From: Octopus sinensis
Lineage: Eukaryota
Direction: 5' to 3'
DNA: 64,000 bases
Assembly (NCBI RefSeq): GCF_006345805.1
Contig: NC_043008.1
Span: 33,728,001-33,792,000 of the forward strand
Below, in pieces: positions 23,961 through 37,226 of the stretch (the stretch's first letter is position 1; the number at the start of each line of letters is the position of its first letter). Below the pieces are notes generated by a model. That model was not told where the DNA came from, did not search any database, and worked only from the letters and a program-made list of their open reading frames with translations. A program made the translations under genes and the position numbers.

Positions 23961-24867
23961 CATGCAAATATACATCAGTGCCTTTATACCTTGCTGTTAA
24001 TCATAAATGCTTCTTTTGGATATAATTACTTTATTTATGCACAACATGTAGCACAGTTTATATTTAAATGTTGTTAAGTGTGCTACATGTAAGAAGTTTT
24101 GGGTACTGCTGCATTAAGTCTGCTTCAGTCCATTCAGCCGTAAAGAAGTGCCAGTAGCAACTGGTGTCAGTTAACCTTGCAATGGACTGGCAACATATTA
24201 AAGGAAGAGTTTTCTACTTTCACTCACATGAACTTTATGGAAATAAGGATCAATTTAGGCCTAATGGGCTTGTGAGATTGAGAAGAATAAAAGTTCATAT
24301 CACTTGACAACTTGCATTATGACCTTAAATTTTATTCGGTTTGTTGAGATTTGTGAAGAAATGTACAAAATTTTTCTGTAATCTAGGAGAATGATGCTCT
24401 TATTTCTTTACTGTCCACAAGGGGCTACACACAGAGGGGACAAACAAGGACAGACAAAGGATTTAAGTCGATTATATCGACCTCAGTGCATAACTGGTAC
24501 TTCTTTAATCAACCCCAAAAGGATGAAAGGCAAATTCGACCTCAGCGGAATTTGAACTCAGAACATAGCGGCAGACAAAATACCGCTAAGCATTTCGCCA
24601 GGCCTGCTAACGATTCTGCCAGCTCACATACTCTAAATAATATCAATCATTTCATTAAGATGATATTGAACTTAGGCTGGAATACGAATTTTATTCTCAG
24701 GTATAATTCTGTTTAAACATCTACATTAGTAGTATAATACTACAGTTAATAACAGCCATTGATTTGAAAGGTAAGATTAATATTCAGAAAATCTTTGGAC
24801 TAATATTAACTTTTCATCAAATGAATTGAAGTTTTTTCTCCAATTTCTGACACTTATTTTCTTTTAG

Positions 24868-24924
24868 GTTCTGTGGGTCAGAATTATCAGAAAAAGACCA
24901 ACTCAAAGTATTCACAGCCAATGA
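24868..24924 (+). CDS. Host gene exon, repeat cassette 3: (S)SVGQNYQKKTNSKYSQPM
   Basis: cttttAG / GTACGT, 57 nt, phase 1-1, open. Same position within the duplicated unit as cassettes 1 and 2. Confidence 0.7.
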   Translation, partial: VLWVRIIRKRPTQSIHSQ

Positions 24925-25389
24925 GTACGTATCAGAATAATATATGCTTTAAACATATTTGTAGTGTGCTACTGAATTAAATGTTATTCATTTCTGTAAT
25001 CTCGTATCACCATCTACTTCAGTCTTAGAAAAATATTAATAAACAAATGGTAACAACAAATTCAGGAAATTGCATTTCCGTTGTTTTTCCCAAAATTGCA
25101 GTTACTATCTATTGGTCACAGATCCTGACCAAAGTATCACCATTTTTCTGTGATGAGGTACAAATTGAGTGTAGAATGCACAGTGCTGCAACAGATACAT
25201 CAAGACAGAACATCCAATTCTGAAAAAATTATGCCATCTCCTAATCTAGACTAGTAATTTTCTCTTATCAGCCCCAAACAAATGAAAAGTAAGGTTAATC
25301 TCAATGAATAAAACATCAAAAAAAGCAAATGTTATGTAGCAATATCACATGTATTCTAGAAACGTTTCTGCTATCTAATTCAGTCTTAG

Positions 25390-25620
25390 AAAAGAATTAA
25401 AGGCATCCCAACTCTCTCTGTCTGTTTCTCCCCCCACCTCCCTCTCACAATTGCTATCTGCCCACTCTTCTTGATCTTCTCACTCTTCTTGATCTTCTCA
25501 CTCCAGAGCCCAACCTGACACCTTGTTACCACTGTTTTTATCTCTTTTTCTAGATCCACCTTAATTACTTTCACCCACTCTTCTACGATCCTTTCTACCA
25601 AAGTCACAGAGCCTGAAATT
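25390..25620 (-). mobile_element. Small LINE RT fragment
   Basis: TLVERIVEEWVK..VDLEKE resembles the pre-QxGF region of LINE RT. Confidence 0.4.
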
Positions 25621-26858
25621 TTAGGGGTTGGAGCAAATCTATTACATCAGCCCTCAATGCTTAACTAGTACTTATTTCATTGACCCTTGAAAAATAAAGT
25701 CTGCTTCTGCTAAATTTGAACTCAGATCATAAAAACAACCAAAATACCACTAAGCATTTTGTCCTGCATGCAAACAATTCTGTTTTGCTTACCACCTTCT
25801 AACTCTTGTATAATGTGAACAGATTTGTATCTCCTTAACAGCAAGAAACCTGTTCGAATTCCCTCTGTTGTACTCAAATGTTTCCTTACTTAGTATAGAA
25901 CTGCCTCATTTTCTACTGTAGTTCCATTCAGCCTATGAAGATCATAGTCTTGTAGTCCACATGGCAAATGCAAGGGTTCTGGTGCAATGAAAAAGCATCC
26001 AGTGCACTTTGGAAAGTGGTTGACACTAACAAGGACATCCAGACACAGAAACCATGCAAAAGCTGACACTGAAGCAGAAAGTGGTCCTCTGATACATCAG
26101 ATTCTCTCAAACCATCCAACCCTTGCCAGCATGGAAGATGGATGTTAAAAGATGATGATGATGATAATGATGAAATCTCTGTGTGTGCGTGCACGTGCAT
26201 GTGTATGCACGTGTGTGTGTATGCATGTATGTGCATGTGCATGTATGCATGTGTTTATGTGTTCACGTGCATGTGTGCATATTTTCTACTAGCTTACTAA
26301 ATCCTTTTAATATCAATTAGATAATATTGTACAACTAGGGTACTACAGATGGTTCACCTCACTTAGCAGCCAGGAGGAATAATATATAAATAAACTAACG
26401 TCATGGCTTTAAATCTTATTGTGCCAATGGCAACTTTGAAGAAAAATACTAGATTTGTCAAGATTTTACGAGAGTAGAACTCCAAAGAATATTAATTAAT
26501 CAATTTTTAATACCTTATTTATCTTAGATTCTTTTATAGTCTAGGCACATGGCCTGAAGTTTTGGGGAGGGGGCCGGTCGATTAGATCGACCCCAGTACA
26601 TAATTGGTACTTAATTTATTGAGCCCGAAAGGATAAAAGCAAAATCGACCTTGGTGGAATTTGAACTCAGAATGTAAAGAAAGACGAAATACTGCTAAGC
26701 ATTTTGCCTGGTGTGCTAACGTTTCTGCCAGCTCGCCACCTTCTTATTTATCTAAGATTGAAATATGAATTTTATTTCCAGTCATAACTCTATTTGAATA
26801 TCTAATCCAGCAGAATAATACTATCATTTGCTTGAGGCTTAGAAAACAATAAATAAGC

Positions 26859-26889
<31 letters not shown>

Positions 26890-27579
26890 TGTATGTATGT
26901 ATGTATGTATGTATGTATGCTTGTAAGGATGGATGGATGCATGCATGTATGTACATACAAAGTGCTGGAAAGTCTTCAATGTTGCACTGAAGGCTATTAC
27001 ATCAAAGGCTTTACCAGTGATTCTGAAGTTAATATGCTCCAAATGCATAAACTCACGCACTCATAAAGCAGGTATACTCCAACACACATGCGCGCGTGTA
27101 TGTGTACCACCACTTCGTTTCTCTTAAGATTCTCACCCACATCACCCATCGATGTGCCACAAACATTCTATCCAACTATGTGGTCCAAGAAATACGGAAT
27201 TGAGGCTTCTAGTTGATGTATGTGATGTCACTAATTGTTCGGTACTTATGGCGAGAACACCATGTGACCCACCTTGACCAATAAGAGCCCGATCTTCAGT
27301 AGTCATGTTGCATTTCTTCCATCTCTCCATTCGGTCGCCTAAACCTGAAGAGCTAGGTTCGTGTGAAGCGACTACGAAACTTTAAGTTGTGTTGAGCTGA
27401 ATCAGAGAGTTATTAAATACCAATATATGTACTCCTAGGAAACGTGTTGAGTAACTCTTTCTTACTTTTGTCCATTCAGTCGTATAAATATGAATGTGAT
27501 AGGAGTGTGATTTAATAATAATATTATTAATAATAATAATAATGATAATAATGATAATAATAATAATAATAATAATAAT

Positions 27580-28306
27580 GACCAAAGCCTCCCCACCAGA
27601 AATTACCAAAAACATGTAATGAAAAGAAATATTACAAGTAACTGCAGAATATGTGGAGATGGACAAGAAACAATAAATCATATTATCTCTAGCTGCCCAG
27701 TCCTGGCTAAGAAGGAATATATTCACAGACATGACAGAGTTGGAACCTACATACATTGGAAGCTATGCCAACATTATGGAATAACAACAGAAAAAAGATG
27801 GTATAGTCACACACCAGAAAAGGTCACAGAAAACGAGAAAGCAACCATACTCTGGGATATGCCGATACACACAGATAGAGAAATTAAGGCCAACAGACCA
27901 GATATAGTTGTCAGAGATCATGAAGAAAAAAAATGCTTTCTAATTGATGTATCAATACCGGCAGATGACAACGTGTCTCTAAAAGAAATGGAGAAACTCT
28001 CAAAATACAAAGACCTGGAAATAGAGGTAACTAGAATGTGGAACCTGAAAACAGAAACAATTCCTATCATAGTAGGTGCATTAGGCATGATAAAAAAATA
28101 TTCAGACAAATACATAACAAAAACACCAGGACTTACAAACACATATAACATACAGAAAATTGCACTACTAGGCACTGCGCACATCCTACGCAGAACACTT
28201 TCCATACAATAACCATCAGAGCATCACAACAAATCACAGCACATACCCAAGGCACACAGAGCTGCGCTCGGTAGTGAAGTGAAAGCACGCTACAAAAATA
28301 AAACTA

Positions 28307-28366
<60 letters not shown>
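27580..28366 (+). mobile_element. R4/Dong-like RLE LINE 3' fragment, uninterrupted ORF, embedded in (AAT)n
   Basis: ORF 27619-28212: CRICGDGQETINHIISSC..YIHRHD (CCHC), ANRPDI..LIDVSIP..EKLSKYKDL (RLE), PIIVGALG..QKIALLGTAHILRR. (AAT)n on both sides. Confidence 0.95.
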
Positions 28367-28368
<2 letters not shown>

Positions 28369-29502
28369 AATTATTGTATACAGTGCTCAGGTGCACCACA
28401 ACTTGTCAAAACTGCGTATAAAGCATGTACCTTAATGTACAAATGCCTGGGAAGTTAGGTACATGCTTGCGTGTGTATGGAGTGGAGAAAATCAGGTGTG
28501 GTGTTGGCTAATCTCAGGAAGCATGGAAGTTTTGAAGGATGCAGTGAAGGAGTAGTATACATATAAACACTGTTAATTTATCCATATTTCGGAGACTGAA
28601 AAAGAATGACAAACAGCTTTAATCCATTTTCGAACCTTATTGGATTCTCATCAGAAGTGTCTACATCACTTGACCAATCCCAGAGAAATGAATAGACAAT
28701 CTGTTTTTATACACAACAGATCTAGTAGCTTCAGAGAACTGGAGCTATTCATTTGTAAGCTGTAGGTATTTAACACTTTATTTGACACCAATAGATTGTC
28801 AATGGAGATTCGTACAAATATATGATGAGCTATTTTCAGGTTCTCTCTACCAAATCCACACACAATGCTTTTGTCAATTTGGGGTTATAACAGAAGACAC
28901 TTGTCCAATTTGCTGTGCAGTGGGATGGAACATAAGCCCACATGGTTTGGAAGTAAGCTTCACAACCACGGAGTCACACCAGTGCCTCAACAATATTTAT
29001 TGAGTAGTTTTAAATATGGATGCAAACGTGGTTGTGCAATAGGAAATTTACTTCCCTGGCACACACATGGCTCCTAGTTCAATCCTACAGCTTGATACCT
29101 AAGGAAAGTGCTTTTTGCTATAGCCCCAGAGCAACCAAAGCTTTGTGAGTAGATTTAACAGACAAAATCTCAAAGAAGCTTATCCTATATGTATGTGTGT
29201 GTGTCTTTGCATTTGTGTTTGTGTGTCTTTACGTTTGTGTTTGCTCTACCACCACTACTCGGCCACCAGTGTTGGTTTGTTCACATTCCTGTAATGTAGC
29301 AGTTTGGCAAAAGAGATTGATTTAATAAGTACCAGGTTTTAAACAATAAGTCGATTCGTTCAACTAAAATCCTTCGAGGTGGTGCCCCAACATGGCCGTA
29401 GTTCAATGACTGAAAGAAGTGAAAGATAAAATGTATATAAACAGTATTATTACAATCAGTCAATCTATGTAATAAACATTATCTTATGGTGTTTCGTTTC
29501 AG

Positions 29503-29759
29503 ATTACTGCTGGAGAATCACATTTCATATTTCAAACAGTTTTGGGGCTGGAACCTCAAATTATATCACTGTTCAATTAATCAATGATGAAACACATGTT
29601 TTCTCAAATACGTTATCTTGTGCAGATAAATGTGGAATGGGATCTCGACCAAGCTTTGATTTTCACACTCCACAAATTGATCCAGTAAAAGAATTAAAAT
29701 TAAATGAAGCAGTAAAAAATATCTTTAAAGCACTTGTATCTGCTTGGACATTGGAAAGT
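29503..29759 (+). CDS. Host gene exon: PLAT/LH2-like domain, part 1
   Basis: gtttcgtttcAG / GTAAGT, 257 nt open, phase 1-0. YCWRITFHISNSFGAGTSNYITVQL...TLSC..CGMGSRPSFDF....IDPVKELKL......WTLES fits the PLAT pattern YxIxxxT...AGT..VxIxL...G....F....lG.l..i.i....WxL..V. This is recognition by eye, not an HMM result. Confidence 0.8.
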
Positions 29760-30271
29760 GTAAGTATTTGGATAGAATTCTCATTTTTAATCTGTGTGTT
29801 TGTGTGTACATATTAGTGTGGCTGTGTGTGTGCATGTGTGTGCGTAATGCGCGCGTGTGTGTGTGAATGTGCGTGATTTTGCTGCATTATCATGTTACTT
29901 AAAAGTTCCTGTTTTCAATTCAGGTAATAACATATTAGTATCGAGATCTTTGACTACTTTCTTACGTTACTTTCAATCCAGGTAATGAAACAGGTACATA
30001 AATATAAGGATACAAAGATATCTCCTTTTAATGTGGAACACAGTCATCTCTCTCTCCCTCCCATTCCCTCTTTCTTCCTCTCTTACTCTCTCTCACACAC
30101 AAACACACACTAATACACATACATATACATACAAACACATGCATACACACACACACACTCATACATAGATAGACAGATATACATACATACACTCATACAT
30201 ACATACACACATACATACATACACACACACATACAGACATACAGTCATACATACATACATACATACATACA

Positions 30272-30302
<31 letters not shown>

Positions 30303-30534
30303 GTATACATACATCACTACACATTGCTATGGTACCAGCTGCTACAGTGAATGCCACTGAAAGACTGACCACAATATGCTCCACACAGTTATCACTAACA
30401 ACCGCTAAAGCAACCCCTGGTGTTACAGAGTTAAGCTATCAACAGACATATTCCAGTGTGATATTTTTATTTTCATCTGTAATACTGTTTGTATTGGCAG
30501 TGAATCCCTTGTTGGCCCTGTTCACAAAATGCGA

Positions 30535-31930
30535 AGGCTACATGTTGGGATATGCAGGAAAGAAAAAAGTTAATGTCATCCACACATTGTGAGTAAAGCC
30601 AGAAAAACAACAGAGTATTTCTGTAGACTCTGGAAAATATGGAAGTCAGGGCTGTCTGCATTTAACAAGACCGTATCTCACAATACTTTTGCAGCACCAT
30701 TGCTAATACCAACATTTGGGATATTGGATCGGACATTTGATGAGATATGCAGTTTGGACATCAAAACCAGAAAGGTACTGACCACCACTGGCAACTTCCA
30801 CATTAACAGCAACACCAATAGGATATATGTGAGGTGAAATGATGACGGTAGAGGCATAGGGTCAGTCCAAACAACCTTTGGAATTTGCATTGTTTCACTC
30901 AGACAACACCTGTTGAACAGTAAAAAAAGAGATGAGTATATTCTATGCATACTGAAAAGGGAGAGTAACAACATCGTCAGGGTTGGAGAACTACTGTGTA
31001 GGTACTCTGAGCATACAGCTATCTTATGCAACCCAATGGAGACTGTATTGGCCAACTTAAGCAGAAGCTTGAAGGAGAAGCAGGCATCATAATACCAGCA
31101 AAAAGCAATGCATGGGGTACTTATTCCATAAGCTAGAGGGCAACAACTGTATTGACAGGAAGAGCAGTCCCTCCTAGGCCCACGATAGATACATTACATC
31201 CCAGCTAGAAGGATATACCTTCGCTATTCAGAAAGATGAGATAGCTATTAAATACCTTCTAAACAAGTGAGACAAAGATACTACAAAACCTGCATAACGT
31301 GTTAAAAAAAATGGGTAGTATTGTTATACCAGTGTGAAGGATATCAGCCACATCATAAGCAGCTGCCCCCAAATGTCTATGAGATACTACCTGTCCCTAA
31401 GGCATGATATAGTTACAAAGGATATTTACGATGCTATCTGCAAGAAAGACTGCTCTGATGTATATATTAAAAGCATGTTAGAACCAGAAGGTATTCACAC
31501 CTTCAAGAGCAAGAAATACTCGTGGAACAATTCGATAAAAGCATAATTTCAGTGCAAACATAACAGACCTGACATTGTTATGTGGGACTGGAAACAAAGA
31601 TCATGCACTGTTCTAGAGGTCAGCTGCCTAGCGGATGTGAATGTACAATCAAATGTCCAGGAAAGATGGAACAGTAATGGCAAATTAATGCGGAACTTAC
31701 AACTCTTGTACACTGACTATAAATTCTCATTTTTACCTGTCATCATAGGTGAATGATGTTATGAACCAACAATTTTGCACAAAAACTTAGAAATACTTGG
31801 TTTCAGAGAAAAAAATGAAATTGATGTGAATTCTCCAAATCCAATCCATTAGAGGCACAGAGTAGATTTATAAGACACTCCCAAAATTCTCCATCTACGA
31901 TTCTTATGTAAATAAGTGCACACACTTGGG
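30535..31930 (+). mobile_element. Degenerate R4/Dong-like RLE LINE
   Basis: EYFCRLWKIWKSGLSAFNK..NTFAAP..FGILD..LDIKTRK..NRIYV..GRGIGS; later HIISSCPQM..YY..RHD and HNRPDIV.WD..VLEVSC. Confidence 0.85.
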
Positions 31931-32624
31931 TGTATGCATCGACAGTTTGACTAACTCACCGATTCAACTACATATTTATAAATACTGGAGCTCTCTTAAC
32001 CTCAAAGAGCATTGTCACTTTGTCAGTGACCAGCTCGGGATCACTTTCTCAAGGGAAACACACACACACACACACACACATACACACACATATACTCTTT
32101 TACATGTTTCAGTCATTTGACTTTGGCTATGCTGAGTATTAGCTGAAGAAATTGACTCCAGGACTTATACTTTGTAAGCCTAGTTCTTATTCTATCAGTC
32201 TCTTTTGCTGAACTGGTAAGTTTCGGAACATAAACACACCAACATCAGTTGTCAAGTGATAGTAGCGTGACTAACACAGACGCAAAGACAAACTTACATA
32301 AATGTATACCTGCGCGCATGCGTGTGACTGCAAACATGTGTGCGCCTGCGCGTACGCACGTATGTACGTGTATGCGCACGCATATGTATGCATGAATAAA
32401 TATATCGATGCGCATGAGCATGCATGTATATATATGTATGTGTATGTAAAAACGTATGTACATGTCTGTATATATACATATGTGTGCGTGTGTGTGTGTA
32501 TGTATACATATTTGCACATGTATATGTATTTGTGTGCATGCGTACGTATGTCAATATACCTGCTTTCCTCCTCTCTGATTCCTACCTGTCATTAACCTAT
32601 CACATACGTCTAACTTATATATAA

Positions 32625-32820
32625 CTAGAAGACAAACCCGGCCTTGCTCGGGATTAAAATAGTTTATTATTGTTTTACTTGTTTCGGTATTATAACCCGG
32701 TTTCATTCGGGTCGACGCTGGCCACATTTTAAGAGTTGACGAATGTAGCTCTGGAGGCCACGCGTTTCAAATGAGCAAACTCAAAATTGCTATGCAAACT
32801 CACCAGCACTTTTAATATAG
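32625..32820 (-). mobile_element. Non-autonomous Helitron
   Basis: Minus strand ends with hairpin CCCGAGCAAGGCCGGG, then CTAG, then T. Confidence 0.7.
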
Positions 32821-32928
32821 GTGTGCAAATTTTCAGCTCAATCCAACCACATATGCACACATTATATATATATGCATACGCATTAAATATATATGCACAT
32901 ATATACGCATTATATACATACATACACT

Positions 32929-32962
<34 letters not shown>

Positions 32963-33289
32963 CGCATTATGTATACATATGTATACACATTATATATATA
33001 TACACATACATATATATTCAAATATCGATATATACTCTTTATATATATATAAATTATATATATATATTTATATTTATACACACACGCACACATATATATA
33101 TATATAAATTAACATAGTAAATATCTGATTAATAATATCTGTTATCATTATTGTGCGGTGGTGGTGGTGGGCGATAATAATTCACCGTTGTAAAAGCCCT
33201 GTAGCAGGAATATTTAAACTTCAAGGGAGTGAAATATATTCCGACACAATATAATTATTTACTATTTTATTCCTCTCCATTAATCCCAC

Positions 33290-33331
33290 TTGCGTCTGTC
33301 AACGCTTTCTGTCTATAGATACAGAAAGACG

Positions 33332-33387
<56 letters not shown>

Positions 33388-34000
33388 CGACAGAGAGACA
33401 GCGAATACGGAGAGAGAAAGAGAAAACCGAACGCGAGAGTCTGAAGAGAGAAGCAAGATGAGATTTTCTCAAGATCAACAAAGGCATGTTGTAGCACTTA
33501 ATCCTGGATCATTAAATCAATGTTTTAATGATTAGAGTTCCAATAGAATAGCTCTCAGTAATAGACTACGTACAAATTCGTTCTTCACAACTCCTAAAGT
33601 TGTTTTCAGATATGATCCATCCCATTCGTATAAAAATGATAACTCTCTCTAAATTGGTGTGCTAAACACAAATTGTCGTTTCTGTAGAGCTTTAAAATTC
33701 CAAATGAAACAAATGGTATGTGCTGCTCAGGCGGTCAGGTAACATTGCCAGCACTACCAGCTCCTTCTCAACGTTTTATGGATCCTCTACAAGGCACTTC
33801 CATCCACTCAAAGGATTTTCTGAACAATATCAGACACTATAACTCTGCATTTCAAATAACATTGATTGCTGCATCTTAGAAGAGAGTTAAACATGAATTT
33901 ACGCCGACGTCAAAGTTCAAGGACAAGTCTATCACCTCATTGGTTTCCTGTTACTCACAAATGGACAAATACAGTTCCTCCAAATTTACTTTATGAGTGA
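33290..34000 (+). mobile_element. Helitron Rep/helicase N-terminal pseudogene fragment
   Basis: RL..(RE)n..; FRYDP....IG...CRFC.ALKF..ETNGMCCSGGQVTLP..SKDFLNNIRHYNSAFQ, with frameshifts. Confidence 0.75.
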
Positions 34001-35128
34001 TGGAGGACAACAAACCCGAAAGAGGTGTCGAAATTTCAGATGATGAGCCGTGTTAGATATAGCGCCAACTGCTGCAAAAGAGAGTATATTCACTGACAGC
34101 TTTTCGGTGCGTTAAAAAATCACATAACACCCACCCCCAATTTTCCGTGACAGGTTGGGGCCTGAAATACTCTAAATGGACGCATAGCATGCTGCCTAGA
34201 TGAATTAGCTCATCATTTACTCCACAAATGTTTTGTTGTCAATGCTGCACTTTCCCATATCACCTGTTTCAACATAACTGTAATATATATATAAAACTAT
34301 ACCATTTTAATTTCGAGAAACACCAGGTATCTCTACTACTTTATAGTAATTTGAAATCCTTGTATTTTTCCCTCCACTCAAATTTACTACCAAAACCACT
34401 ACTCACTTCTGTATCACCCCACCCATACATTTTCTATACCTATCCCTTAAAACACCCCTACTCACATATCTCACATTTTTGCACTCCTTACCTTCTCATC
34501 TTTTCCTATCCTTCTCTCATCCTCCTATCACTTTATCTTAACCACCAACTTACACTCCTTTTCTCACTTCTTCCACCCTTTCTTCACTTTTTCACTCTAT
34601 TCACTTTTTGTTCTTTCTCACCCTCTTTTTTTCTCTTTTCTCCCTTTCTTCCTCTCATTTTCTCTTCCTGTTTTCACTTTGAACTATCTTCTCATTCTAA
34701 TCATATATATCTCCTTCCCCATATATCCACAAATACTACCGATACATTCTCAAATTTTCATTCACTCCACAAAACCCTTTCGAACGAGCAACACTGAATT
34801 CATGGCTCCATACTTTGAAATGACTGAACATGAACTGCTATTAGAACATACATACAATGTACAGGAAACTTCTTTACCACTTCTATACACCATTTCCTCG
34901 AATAATGGAACTGCAACTACAATATCTTTATACATCTTATTTCTCCTTTCATTCCCTTATTTTCCTCTATATTCTCTATCTCCTCATTTTCCATAATTCG
35001 AACTCAAATATTCTCACACCGTCTCTGATTAAGGGATATCCGTAATATCCCACAAACAGCTGTAAGTCTATTTCCTTATAAATGTCCTGAAAACTCCTCT
35101 CAGCCTTGGCTTTCTTATCACATTCTGT

Positions 35129-35169
<41 letters not shown>

Positions 35170-35605
35170 CAAAGTGAAGTTGTAAGGTACCACACGAGCG
35201 GAAATATATATGAAAGAAGGTTTGAAAATGCAATTTTAAAGATGTTGATTCACTTGACCTTTTTCACTTTTTTAGAAAAATATTGTCAAAAGTAAAATGT
35301 AGAGCTTTGTATAAGCTTTGTTGTGTTAAGTACTGGTTGTCAGAAAAGTATTGAAATACATGTATACATACTTTGATAATAATAAGAAAATGTTAAAAAC
35401 AGTTTACAAGGAAATATCTTGAGAATATATTAAACAAGAAGTATTAGGAGCTCAAGATAAATGTTAGGAGTTCAATAAAAGTCATGTTTGGTAGTATATA
35501 TATACACAGAAGGAGATATAAGATATATTTGGGAGCTTACAAAGATGAACTGACCTGTTAGGACAATTCATCTGAAATTCTTTGTAAACTCCCAAATATA
35601 TTTCC

Positions 35606-35671
<66 letters not shown>

Positions 35672-36394
35672 ACAGTATTTAAACGTTCTAACAGAACGCG
35701 TTCTGAAAATAATCCGATGTAACTCTATCCTGTACTGCTCCTAATCTCTCCTAATGTCTCTCTCTCTCCCCCTTTTTTCCTCCCTCTTCTTTCCACTTAT
35801 TCTTTTCATCTTCCCTTCTCCTCCTTTCGTTTTTCTCACTCATCCTGTCTCTAATTCTTTTTTCTCCTCTTCACCGTTTTTTATCTGTCTCTCTCTCTTT
35901 CTCACTATTCCTCCTTTACTCTGTCGTTGCTCACACGTGATCATCGGCCATCTATCTTTTCTTAACTTGGGCTTCTTACTTTCCTTCTGGTTTGTTGCAC
36001 AGATCAGACACATTTTTGTCTGTCTCCTCTCCTATCTTTTCTCCCGTCATAAATTGTCGCTCCACCGTTCGCCAGCTCACCTCGTCATGGCTTAGCAACC
36101 GTCACTATTTTGTTTTCACTGTCCTGTTTTTGTTAGCAGCTTTCACATTCTGCAAATCACACACTTTATTTTGGGTTGAAAGAGCAACTGTTTCCTCGAA
36201 GGCACTTCTTGTCATAATTGCTCGAAACATAGAGTAAATAAACAGCCGACAACTGACGAAGGGTCGTTCTTTATGTTACTTGTCTTGCTTTTTTCAGTTG
36301 GTTCTTTCGTTGCTCGCAAAAAAGTTCGTATTCCATGTTTTCGTATTTTCGTATTTCATGTTGCTTACGTTTTGTGACATCCTGTACCCATATA

Positions 36395-36428
<34 letters not shown>

Positions 36429-36577
36429 TCAATAAATGGTGGGGTTGTGTTGACCGCACGTGGAGAAATGATAAGCAAGGAAAAATTGTAAAAATGCAGA
36501 ATGCTCGATTGAAAGAAAATTTTAATGAATTGATATATATATTCTTATATGATTGAACGCCACGCATCCATTTCCAA

Positions 36578-36656
<79 letters not shown>

Positions 36657-36787
36657 CATACATACATACATACATACATACATACATACATACATACATA
36701 CATACATACATGCATACATATATATATGTGTGTATGTGTGTGTTACATGCAATGTGTTTTACATTTTTATTCCAATTTTTTTTGCAG

Positions 36788-36881
36788 ATTTATTTGATGA
36801 ATTTGAATACTTCGGCTGCTTATACCTGCAAACTCGATGACCCTGAGGCCAAGGAAAAAGGTTGTAAACTAAAGCTCAAAG
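36788..36881 (+). CDS. Host gene exon: PLAT/LH2-like domain, part 2: [31 protein letters not shown]
   Basis: ttttttttgcAG / GTAAAT, 94 nt, phase 0-1. It supplies the phase bridge needed after 29759 and completes the W-x-L-x-x-I-x-L...Y-x-C pattern. Confidence 0.8.
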
Positions 36882-36937
36882 GTAAATTACATCATATGTC
36901 TATGTAGTTAGCGAGCAATGAATATAAATATATATAT

Positions 36938-36997
<60 letters not shown>

Positions 36998-37226
36998 AAT
37001 TAGTGAAGTTGAAGATGCTTGCAGAATATATGAAGTTATTTGAATTTTAAAACATACATAATACATCACCATCATCATCATCATCGTCGTGTAACATTCA
37101 TCTTCCATGTATGCATCAGTAGGACACACATTCCCCCCTCTCTCTGTATATATATATATATATATATGTATATTCATACATATATGCATATACACATACA
37201 TATACATATATACACACATATATATA

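Larger units (their letters stand above)
20500..25310 (+). repeat. Three diverged tandem copies of an exon-plus-flanking-intron unit (~20500-22050, ~22055-23040, ~24725-25310)
   Basis: Shared intronic landmarks in all copies: TAATATTCAGAAAATCTTTG (20550, 22100, 24780), AAATTCAGGAAATT..CCAAAATTGCAGTTACTATC (21005, 22385, 25060) and CCCCAAACA.A. Confidence 0.9.

Noticed and set aside
28839-28951. Cys-rich candidate exon GSLYQIHTQCFCQ... ending at GAA|GTAAGC
   Set aside because: Phase 1-0 is incompatible with the next exon, and most of it is the antisense head of a family B SINE.
29982-29993. Possible 12-nt micro-exon GTAATGAAACAG (ccAG / GTACAT)
   Set aside because: In phase 0 it would insert VMKQ into the middle of a predicted PLAT beta-strand. 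The donor is weak and the motif is a local duplicate of 29925-29942.
34228-36237. Long hydrophobic ORFs (34228-34797, 35754-36095)
   Set aside because: They arise from pyrimidine-rich low-complexity sequence in probable retroelement-associated repeats, with no splice signals or domain motifs linking them to the gene.
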